From contig JADFSZ010000066.1 of assembly GCA_022560555.1 (NCBI GenBank), positions 1 through 8,798 on the forward strand: DNA of 8,798 bases, in the 5' to 3' direction. Below, one piece after another: positions 1 to 6,400 of the stretch. Numbering within the stretch: the first letter of the stretch is position 1; every line of letters starts with the position of its first letter. The notes below the pieces were generated by a model that worked only from the letters and a program-made list of their open reading frames with translations, was not told the DNA's origin and did not search any database. Source of the DNA: PVC group bacterium (GTDB lineage Bacteria; GCA-001730085; JADFSZ01). The position numbers were made by a program, and so were the translations under genes.

Positions 1-1
1 A

Positions 2-985
2 GAAATAAAATGCCGTCACGGGCTCATATTTTGGACAACACATGTGAAGCAAAAGAACACATCTGCTCTCCCAACCCCCGGCCGGGATCCATCAGCTCTC
101 GTTTACTATGGTATTAATTCGCTTCTGGAAAATCTGGTTATCGATATTGAACATACCTTCAAATATTTTTCTTATCAAGTGTCTCAATCACAAATCACTA
201 AGTTTGATCGCGTTCTTCTTTCCGGCGGAGGGGTGAATCTTCTTTATTTAGATCAGTTTTTAAGTGAACGGTTCGGAGTTCCTGTAGAGCGTGTGGATCC
301 CTTTCGCATGTTCAGTTTGGCGGCCATCATGCAAAGTCAAAATTTGGATTTTCCCAGTATCCAATCAGGTTTTGCTGTCTGCGCGGGGTTAGCTCTCGGG
401 CAAAAAACTAAGGATCAAAGTCGTGTAAATTTTATCCCAAAAAAAGAATTAACCCGCCGCCAGGAAGTTTTTCAGACGATGATGAAAGCCCCGGTTTTAG
501 CCTTCGCAGCAATGGTCATTATTATGATATCTCTCACAGTTTATAACGCTGGTCTTCTCCGGCATTATCAGACGAAAACGAAGGGAGTATCTCTTGATGT
601 TAAAAGATCCAAAATGATTCTCGGCAAAGAACAATCGCACCAAATGAAAGCGGATCAAAAAGAAGCCGAACTCATCAACCGAAGAGAAATGCTCCGGGCT
701 AGAAGAGACTTTTTGAAAAGCGCGTTTCGGGAACCAAAAGATTTTTCTAAAGCATTAAATGATTTGAGCCTTGTTGTTCCCGACAATATTAGGCTGACAA
801 AATTGAAATATGAAGGTATTCGTATGATGCTGACAGGGGAAACGGATCAATTAGAAAGTGTGGGGGATCTCATCAGCTCGATCAAATCTTTAGGGAGTTT
901 TGAATCCGCTGAATATGAATATTCCCGGCATGAGCCGGAAACAAACAATTATATTTTTGAAATTATCGTGAAAGTCAGGCTCTAA
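2..985 (+). CDS. pilM: Type IV pilus assembly protein: C-terminal part of PilM fused in frame to a PilN-like TM/periplasmic module (GspL/MshI-like architecture); 5' partial
   Basis: The frame is open from nt 2 with no stop before the GTG at 44 used by the ORF track, so the gene starts upstream of the window. LLSGGGVNLLYLDQFLSERFGVPVERVDPF...GFAVCAGLALGQ matches the C-terminal actin-like subdomain of PilM. A 9-aa linker (KTKDQSR..) is followed by VNFIPKKELTRRQE, which is the PilN INLLP-type N-terminal motif at nt 425-439. Next come one TM helix (APVLAFAAMVIIMISLTVYNAGLL), a charged coiled-coil stretch and a PilN-like periplasmic domain (VVPDNIRLTKLKYEG..MLTGETD). The stop at 983-985 lies 1 nt before the next ATG. 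Confidence 0.85.
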   Translation, partial: EIKCRHGLIFWTTHVKQKNTSALPTPGRDPSALVYYGINSLLENLVIDIEHTFKYFSYQVSQSQITKFDRVLLSGGGVNLLYLDQFLSERFGVPVERVDPFRMFSLAAIMQSQNLDFPSIQSGFAVCAGLALGQKTKDQSRVNFIPKKELTRRQEVFQTMMKAPVLAFAAMVIIMISLTVYNAGLLRHYQTKTKGVSLDVKRSKMILGKEQSHQMKADQKEAELINRREMLRARRDFLKSAFREPKDFSKALNDLSLVVPDNIRLTKLKYEGIRMMLTGETDQLESVGDLISSIKSLGSFESAEYEYSRHEPETNNYIFEIIVKVRL

Positions 986-986
986 T

Positions 987-1853
987 ATGAACGAAATACA
1001 AAAAATCGCGAAGACCTTTAATCGCTTAAAAAAACGGGAGCAGATTCTGATCGTTTTTCTTGTTATCGCCATAACGGGAAGTCTGTATTATAAAAGCGTG
1101 TATAGCCCGATGGAAAAAAAGATACGGTTTCAAAAATCTCAGTTGAAAAAAAACCAATCACGACTGAGCGAATTAATGTCCATGAAAGACAACAGAGGAG
1201 ATGACACCCGGAAAGTCTATATTCTTGAGGCAGAGTGTGAAAACATTCTTCAAGACATTCGAAAGATTTCCCGGCTGCTTCCCCGTAACAATAACGTTAC
1301 ACAGGTGATCAATGAAATGACACGATTAACGAAGGATATGGATTTTGTGTCTCTGAAGCGTAAGATGGACACTACAGAAGAGCTTTCACAATTTTTTATC
1401 GAATTTCGCTGTAATACGGAATACGGACAAATTGTGCGCTATATTCAGAATCTTGAAACCATTTCTCCTTTTTTAAAAATCCGTGAGTTAGAAATAGATA
1501 AACAGGATCCGAAATCAGAATACGACGGACTGCCTGTCAGAATTGTATTTTCGTGTTTGCTGGGTAAAGGGGTATCCACGGAATCGCTTCGGGCTCAATT
1601 GACAACAGCTCCATGGCAACCGAACGACAAGATTTTTCGCTTAAAGAAAAGAGTAGGCGAACAAAACGTGCCTGATATTGAATTAAATCTTGCGGGTATT
1701 ACGTTTTCGTCCCGAATTCCTACGGCGATTATCAATGATGATATTGTCCGAATCGGATCCAAGATAGGATCGTTTACTGTTAAAGATATTCAGCCGGGAC
1801 TTGTTCTTTTGAATGATGGAGATAATGAATTCGAATTGTGGGTCAATCATTAA
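987..1853 (+). CDS. pilO: PilO/GspM/MshJ-like inner-membrane alignment protein with a C-terminal PilP/GspC-HR-like beta domain
   Basis: The ATG lies 1 nt after the upstream stop, consistent with translational coupling. The N-terminus has a basic stretch plus a TM helix (REQILIVFLVIAITGSLYY), then a coiled coil (EKKIRFQKSQLKKNQSRLSEL). A PilO-type ferredoxin-like domain follows (LPRNNNVTQVINEMTRLTKDMDFVSL...YGQIVRYIQNLETISPFLKIRELEI...LPVRIVFSCL). The last ~60 aa (nt ~1665-1850) read IELNLAGITFSSRIPTAIINDDIVRIGSKIGSFTVKDIQPGLVLLNDGDNEFELWV. This fits the L.L.G[IV]...A[IV]I....V..G..[IV]..V..I....V.L..G...L pattern of the secretin-binding HR domain of PilP/GspC. Confidence 0.7.
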   Translation: MNEIQKIAKTFNRLKKREQILIVFLVIAITGSLYYKSVYSPMEKKIRFQKSQLKKNQSRLSELMSMKDNRGDDTRKVYILEAECENILQDIRKISRLLPRNNNVTQVINEMTRLTKDMDFVSLKRKMDTTEELSQFFIEFRCNTEYGQIVRYIQNLETISPFLKIRELEIDKQDPKSEYDGLPVRIVFSCLLGKGVSTESLRAQLTTAPWQPNDKIFRLKKRVGEQNVPDIELNLAGITFSSRIPTAIINDDIVRIGSKIGSFTVKDIQPGLVLLNDGDNEFELWVNH

Positions 1854-1872
1854 AAAACAAATAATGAGGTGT

Positions 1873-4134
1873 ATGATGAAAAAACGACTAAACATTCGAT
1901 TGGGGGAACCGCCGTTATGGCAAAAACTTTGTTTAATGGGACTCATATGTTTTGTATGCGGGATACCCGCGCAAATGCAAGCTGAAGAGGCCCAAGGGAT
2001 TGATCAAGAACTCATCCAGGACATGACTCTTTCTGAAAAGATGGAGATGAAGATCAGTCTCGATTATAAAGATGTAGACATTTTGAATGTGATTCGCTCG
2101 CTTGTTTGGACATATGATCTAAATATCGTAACAAACGCGGGTGTGAAAGGACGGGTGAATTTAACTCTAAAAAACGTCACGATCGAAAAGGCTCTGGACG
2201 CGATCGTGAGTTCGAACGATTTGTCGTATAGAATCAGAGATGACATCATTTATGTACGAGATGACGATGAGGATGAGGATGATGAGCTGGTGAGCGAAGT
2301 CGTGTTTCTGAATTATATCTCGGCCGGGGCGGCTTATCAGTCCCTTCGTCGGGTGATCTCGGACAAGGGTGATATGCAAATCAATGAATTGGCCAATAGT
2401 CTGATTGTAACGGATTCGCAGAAGTATCTTGATCGTGTTAAAAACTTGCTTGAAAAAATCGATATTGCGCCCAAACAGGTCCTTATCGAAGCCAAAATCG
2501 TGGATATTACTTCAACGGCATTGGATGCTTTTGGGGCCACCTGGAATATCGAATACTCACCGGGCCATGGGATATTCGGACGAAGGGCTACAACCGCGGA
2601 AAAGATAAATTTTGGAGTTTCTCTGCCTGAGCAATCCTCCAGTTTAACGGGAGGGCAGGTGAAATTGAACGAATTGAGTCTAAGCTGGCTTACTGTATCC
2701 GCAACACTGGACGCGCTTGTCAAAAAAGGAAAGGCAAAAATTTTAGCTGCTCCATCGATTACGGTCCTGAACGGTCAAGAAGCGCGAATTATTATCGGGG
2801 AGCGATTCCCATTTAAAGAGCGCACGCAAACTGCGACAGGGACAACGGAAACTACGAAGTTTGTTGACATCGGGACGACGCTGCGTGTAACGCCGCAAAT
2901 TAATAATGACGGATACATTACCATGAAAATCCATCCGGAGGTGTCCTCCTTAGCAGAATCTTTAGATGCCGGTCCGCGCGTGACCACGCGTGAAGCCGAT
3001 ACGATTGTTCGTGTCAAGGATGGTGAAACATTTGTTTTGGGAGGATTGATTAAACAGACAGATGATCAAAGCGTCGAGAAGATTCCGTTTTTTGGAGATC
3101 TCCCTGTGATAGGTCATTTGTTTTCACGGAAGGAGAAAAATCAGGAACAAAAAGAACTTTCTGTTTTTATAACTCCCACAATTCTTTTAACCCCAGAGCA
3201 GAGGGCTCGCCAAGATGACATAGACAGAGAAAAGACGGAGTCCTATGTGAACATTAGTAAAATAAGCGAACTGCAGATTGTTGAAGAAACACTCCGAAAA
3301 GCCGATCTCTTAAATAATGGCAAAGGAGTAGAAAGTGCGCAAAAAGGGGAACTGTTTCGAAAAGAGCAGGCTCTGAATCTTTATCTCAATGTGTACTACG
3401 AATATCCGGATAGTGCTCGTGCCCCCGAAGCTCTGTATAAGGCCGCGCTCATAAAATACAAATTTTCGAATGACTTTAAAGGCGCGAAACATTACTTGTC
3501 TTTACTTATTTCAGACTATCCGGATTCGGTTTTTTCCGATGAAGCGAAGAAAGCATTTTTGGATATCGATAAAAAGGGGAGAGCTTTGGATCAAAAAGCT
3601 TCCCTAAGAAAAAAAGCTTTATCACATTTAAATGAAGGGAAAAAATATTATTTTAACGACCAGTTCGAATTGGCAATCATGGAATTTCATCTTTTGCTTG
3701 ATATGGAGCGGAACGTGAGACGGGAATATAAAAGAGAAGCAAAGAAATATTTAAGAAAAAGTCGTAGTCAAAAGAAAAAATTTCTCTCCGGAAACAAAAT
3801 TCGAGAAATGTTAGCCGAAGATATAAGGAGAGAAGACGCGAAGGCTGAATTCCCGCTGTATAAAGTCGAAGAAAGGTCTTCCAATGAAAAAGCCGTGGAT
3901 TATATACGGGTCGGCAAGGAGTATTATCATCGGGGATTTTACGGATCCGCGGTATTGGAGTTTACAAAAGTCATTGTAATCAGAGAAATAATCGATCCGT
4001 TTTATATAAAGGAAGCCCGGCGTTTGATCGATGAATGTGAAATTAAAATTAAAAAAAGCTCGCAAATACCCAGAATGATCAAAAAAGACAAAAAAACCGT
4101 GGAAAAACCCATCATTCAGCTGACTTCAATATAA
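1873..4134 (+). CDS. pilQ: Secretin (PilQ/GspD/MshL family) with a ~310-aa C-terminal TPR-containing extension
   Basis: The ORF opens at 1813, but 1813-1853 overlaps the upstream gene. ATG 1864, 1873 or 1876 is more plausible (GAGGTG at 1866-1871), giving MMKKRLNIRLG..LCLMGLICFVCGIPAQMQA as a signal-peptide-like N-terminus. There is an N0-like domain (DVDILNVIRSLVWTYDLNIVTNAGVKGRVNLTLKNVTIEKALDAIVSSNDLSYRIRDDIIYV) and an acidic linker DDDEDEDDE (2260-2286). An N1-like domain follows (VVFLNYISAGAAYQSLRRV...LIVTDSQKYLDRVKNLLEKIDIAPKQVLIEAKIVDI). The canonical secretin core reads LDALVKKGKAKILAAPSITVLNGQEARIIIGERFPF...GTTLRVTPQINNDGYITMKIHPEVSSL...VRVKDGETFVLGGLI...EKIPFFGDLPVIGHLFS...ELSVFITPTIL and ends near nt 3190. 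The remaining 3191-4131 is the lysine-rich TPR extension. Confidence 0.9.
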   Translation: MMKKRLNIRLGEPPLWQKLCLMGLICFVCGIPAQMQAEEAQGIDQELIQDMTLSEKMEMKISLDYKDVDILNVIRSLVWTYDLNIVTNAGVKGRVNLTLKNVTIEKALDAIVSSNDLSYRIRDDIIYVRDDDEDEDDELVSEVVFLNYISAGAAYQSLRRVISDKGDMQINELANSLIVTDSQKYLDRVKNLLEKIDIAPKQVLIEAKIVDITSTALDAFGATWNIEYSPGHGIFGRRATTAEKINFGVSLPEQSSSLTGGQVKLNELSLSWLTVSATLDALVKKGKAKILAAPSITVLNGQEARIIIGERFPFKERTQTATGTTETTKFVDIGTTLRVTPQINNDGYITMKIHPEVSSLAESLDAGPRVTTREADTIVRVKDGETFVLGGLIKQTDDQSVEKIPFFGDLPVIGHLFSRKEKNQEQKELSVFITPTILLTPEQRARQDDIDREKTESYVNISKISELQIVEETLRKADLLNNGKGVESAQKGELFRKEQALNLYLNVYYEYPDSARAPEALYKAALIKYKFSNDFKGAKHYLSLLISDYPDSVFSDEAKKAFLDIDKKGRALDQKASLRKKALSHLNEGKKYYFNDQFELAIMEFHLLLDMERNVRREYKREAKKYLRKSRSQKKKFLSGNKIREMLAEDIRREDAKAEFPLYKVEERSSNEKAVDYIRVGKEYYHRGFYGSAVLEFTKVIVIREIIDPFYIKEARRLIDECEIKIKKSSQIPRMIKKDKKTVEKPIIQLTSI
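3191..4131 (+). other. C-terminal TPR / YbgF-BamD-like extension domain of the secretin (same polypeptide as 1873..4134)
   Basis: There is no stop codon between the secretin core and this region. The stretch at 3370-3567 is ALNLYLNVYYEYPDSARAPEALYKAALIKYKFSNDFKGAKHYLSLLISDYPDSVFSDEAKKAF, which shows the repeated x-YP-D-S-x-x-A-x-E-A signature of YbgF(CpoB)/BamD-type TPR pairs. Two further TPR-like helical pairs occur at 3616-3705 (ALSHLNEGKKYYFNDQFELAIMEFHLLLDM) and 3892-3975 (AVDYIRVGKEYYHRGFYGSAVLEFTKVI). K/R/E-rich spacers separate them. Confidence 0.6.
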
Positions 4135-4160
4135 TTTGGTGAAAGGAATAAGAGATACTT

Positions 4161-5381
4161 ATGCCGGAATTTATTTATAAAGCGCGTGACAGACAAGGGG
4201 CCCTCATGAAGGGGGTCCTTACGGGCCCTGATGAAGAAAGTGTCATCGGGAGCTTGGACAGAATGGGTTACAGTGTCGTCATGATCAGCCAAAAAGTCCG
4301 CACTGCTTCCAAAGGAGGAGTTTCCTTTTTCGATCGGTTCAAAAAGCTGAGCAGACGTGAAGTCATCGTTTTTACCCGGCAGCTTGCCACACTTTTACGG
4401 ACAGGGACAGCTTTGTTGCCGGCTTTGACGACCATTTGTGATCAAACGGCCAATCACAAGTTCAAACAAATATTAGAGGAGATTCAGCAAACGGTTCAAA
4501 GCGGAAAAAGTTTTTCGGAAGCCCTTGAAGCCTATCCTGCTGTGTTTTCAGAACTGTTTGTCAGTATGGTGCAAGTGGGAGAAACCGGCGGCATGTTGGA
4601 TAAAGTCCTGGACCGTTTGGCGTCTTTAGGCACACAGGAGATGGAAATGTCCAGTCGTATTCAGTCGGCCATGATTTATCCCATAGTATTGGTCTCGATC
4701 GCGTTTATCGTTGTCAATTTTTTGATGATTGGGGTTTTGCCAAAATTTGTTTCGGTTTTTCGCGCGTCAGAAACAGCCTTGCCATTGCCGACACAAATTG
4801 TGATGGGAATCAGTTGGATCGGACGAAAATTATGGTTTCCGATTTCATTAGCTATAACGGCGATTGTTTTTTGGTTCAGAGCTTATATAAAAACTGATAA
4901 AGGTAAATTCCGCGTGCATAAAATATGGCTTAAGTTTCCCATATTTGGGCCCCTGTATAATAAAATCCAAATCACGCGCTTCTCGAGGATTTTATCATCT
5001 TTGCTTTCATCAGGCATCCCGATCTTACAGGCTTTGGTTGTTGTTGAAAAAACAATATCCAATGTAATTTTAAGACGAGCCATTCAAAATGTTCGAATTA
5101 GTATCGGAGAAGGACATTCTTTAGCGGATCCGTTTGCCGTAAGCGGATTATTCCCTCCGATTGTGATTTCTATGATCGCGACCGGTGAAAAATCGGGGAA
5201 TTTAGATGTTATGCTAAATGAGGTCGCGGAATTTTATGAGCCGGAGATTGAGAATACCGTTAAAAACCTAACGACTCTTTTAGAGCCGTTTATGCTTCTT
5301 GTGATGGGTCTTATTGTCGCATTTATCGCGTTATCGGTGTTATTGCCGATATTTAATCTTATTAGTGTGTTCAGAGGGTAA
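4161..5381 (+). CDS. pilC: Type IV pilus / T2SS inner-membrane platform protein (PilC/GspF/MshG family)
   Basis: The protein is 406 aa with the duplicated T2SS-F domain layout. First repeat: REVIVFTRQLATLLRTGTALLPALTTI...FSEALEAYPAVFSELFVSMVQVGETGGMLDKVLDRLA. Second repeat: ITRFSRILSSLLSSGIPILQALVVVEKT...SLADPFAVSGLFPPIVISMIATGEKSGNLDVMLNEVAEFYE. Three hydrophobic TM segments are present (IYPIVLVSIAFIVVNFLMIGVL; LWFPISLAITAIVFWF; LLEPFMLLVMGLIVAFIALSVLLPIF). Confidence 0.93.
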   Translation: MPEFIYKARDRQGALMKGVLTGPDEESVIGSLDRMGYSVVMISQKVRTASKGGVSFFDRFKKLSRREVIVFTRQLATLLRTGTALLPALTTICDQTANHKFKQILEEIQQTVQSGKSFSEALEAYPAVFSELFVSMVQVGETGGMLDKVLDRLASLGTQEMEMSSRIQSAMIYPIVLVSIAFIVVNFLMIGVLPKFVSVFRASETALPLPTQIVMGISWIGRKLWFPISLAITAIVFWFRAYIKTDKGKFRVHKIWLKFPIFGPLYNKIQITRFSRILSSLLSSGIPILQALVVVEKTISNVILRRAIQNVRISIGEGHSLADPFAVSGLFPPIVISMIATGEKSGNLDVMLNEVAEFYEPEIENTVKNLTTLLEPFMLLVMGLIVAFIALSVLLPIFNLISVFRG

Positions 5382-5410
5382 TCACGGATTTAGCGCAGGT
5401 AAAAACTAAA

Positions 5411-5417
5411 AAGGAGG
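5411..5417 (+). promoter_or_regulatory. Strong Shine-Dalgarno sequence (AAGGAGG) for the major pilin gene
   Basis: A perfect AAGGAGG sits 4 nt upstream of ATG 5422. It is the best anti-SD match seen at any start in the window, consistent with the high translation demand of a major pilin. Confidence 0.7.
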
Positions 5418-5421
5418 ATAC

Positions 5422-5985
5422 ATGAAACGCTTTAAATCACATAGTGAAGATCATGGAATCAAAGTTTTACGTTTTGATTTTATTCGCGCAGCCATCCGCG
5501 TTCATCGAAAGGTTTTTACGCGTAAAGATCCGCGTATATCCGTGATTCGTGCCTTTACCCTTCTCGAGCTTCTTATTGTGATAAGTATTATCGCGATATT
5601 GGCCGCAACGATTGTACCCAACTTTATCGGATTTGACACGGAGGCTCGTTTGTCGGCCACCAAAACCAATTTGAGCACACTTCAGACCCGAGTCAGTATT
5701 TTCCGGGCAAAAGAGGGACGTTATCCCGAGCGATTGGAAGAACTCACAGAAGTAACGTATATGGATATGGGTGTGGAAAAAGCCTATTTAGATTATATTC
5801 CTTTGGAATTTGTATCGGCAACAGAAGGGATGGCTGATGTAGAAAATATGACGTCTAATGATCGTATTTCCGGAGACGGAGGATGGGTGTATTTTTCTGA
5901 TAAAGCCCGTGTGATTGTGGACTGGGATGAGCCTCTGGGTTCGAAATGGGATAAGGCCGAAGGGGATATCCCGTCGGAATGGTGA
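5422..5985 (+). CDS. Prepilin-type major pilin / pseudopilin (GspG/PilA-like) with an apparent 44-aa leader
   Basis: It carries a class III signal, ..VIRA|FTLLELLIVISIIAILAATIVPNF, with Phe+1 and Glu+5. The GspG-like head reads DTEARLSATKTNLSTLQTRVSIFRAKEGRYPERLEEL ... SGDGGWVYF. The mature part has no cysteine. ATG 5422 is supported by the AAGGAGG RBS. An alternative GTG at 5542 (leader MIRA) has no RBS. Confidence 0.85.
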   Translation: MKRFKSHSEDHGIKVLRFDFIRAAIRVHRKVFTRKDPRISVIRAFTLLELLIVISIIAILAATIVPNFIGFDTEARLSATKTNLSTLQTRVSIFRAKEGRYPERLEELTEVTYMDMGVEKAYLDYIPLEFVSATEGMADVENMTSNDRISGDGGWVYFSDKARVIVDWDEPLGSKWDKAEGDIPSEW

Positions 5986-5992
5986 ATCACTA

Positions 5993-6355
5993 ATGAATAG
6001 ATATGACAAAAATCAAAAAGGAATCGTGATGATCACGACGGTCATTTTGCTCTTAACGATCGCGTTTATCGGAGCTAGTTTGATGCTTTTTTATTACTCG
6101 GTAAACTTTTCGGCTCAGACGCGCATTGATGAAGCCAAGGCTTTTTATTTAGCGGAAGCAGGAATTTCTTATGCGATATTTCAGATGAGAACACAAGCAC
6201 AATCGCTTGGGTATGGCGAAGAGGCATTGGGTCCGATGATTCTCGGAAGCGGGTCATATACCGTTGAGATTGATTACGCGCAATCCATAATCACCAGCAT
6301 TGGAGAAGTGAATGGCGTGCAAAAGAAATTACAGCTCCAATTTAAAACGCTCTAG
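5993..6355 (+). CDS. PilX-N-domain / GspK-like minor pilus protein (non-canonical prepilin N-terminus)
   Basis: The ORF track starts at 5915, but 5915-5985 overlaps the pilin gene. ATG 5993 lies 7 nt after the upstream stop. The N-terminus MNRYDKNQKGIVMITTVILLLTIAFIGASLMLFY...AQTRIDEAKAFYLAEAGISYAI matches the PilX N-terminal pattern (xxG-hydrophobic helix ... A.A.y.AEAG). The C-terminus GSGSYTVEI..ITSIGEVNGVQKKLQLQF is typical of this family. There is no Glu+5. Confidence 0.6.
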   Translation: MNRYDKNQKGIVMITTVILLLTIAFIGASLMLFYYSVNFSAQTRIDEAKAFYLAEAGISYAIFQMRTQAQSLGYGEEALGPMILGSGSYTVEIDYAQSIITSIGEVNGVQKKLQLQFKTL

Positions 6356-6400
6356 CGCGAATGACACGAGACAAAATGCGTTGCCAAAATAAAAAATATT

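Noticed and set aside
1114-1153. Homopolymeric A tracts (A7 at 1114-1120, A8 at 1146-1153; similar A7 runs near 4030 and 4090), considered as slipped-strand phase-variation switches
   Set aside because: The tracts are short (8 or fewer) and are simply runs of AAA Lys codons in lysine-rich segments of an A-rich genome. Nothing else supports phase variation.
1813-1872. The 5' extension of the secretin ORF (MMEIMNSNCGSIIKKQIMRC)
   Set aside because: It overlaps the 3' end of the upstream gene (stop at 1853) and lies before the signal-peptide-like MMKKRLN... segment. A start at 1864-1876, next to GAGGTG, is more plausible.
2260-2286. A GAT/GAG trinucleotide-like tandem repeat
   Set aside because: It simply encodes the in-frame acidic linker DDDEDEDDE between secretin N-domains. 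It is too short and imperfect to treat as a microsatellite or repeat element.
5515-5526. A perfect 12-bp palindrome TTTACGCGTAAA inside the putative pilin leader region, considered as a possible operator
   Set aside because: About two perfect 12-bp palindromes are expected by chance in 8.8 kb (8800/4^6). There is no second copy or flanking symmetry.
5915-5992. The 5' extension of the PilX-like ORF (MWTGMSLWVRNGIRPKGISRRNGESL)
   Set aside because: It overlaps the last 71 nt of the pilin gene in another frame. ATG 5993, just after the pilin stop, gives the expected PilX-type N-terminus.
6362-6384. A sigma54-like promoter upstream of the minor pilin (TGACAC ... TTGC)
   Set aside because: The -24 element has GA instead of the invariant GG, and the spacer to TTGC is 13 nt rather than 5 nt. 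It does not fit TGGCAC-N5-TTGC.
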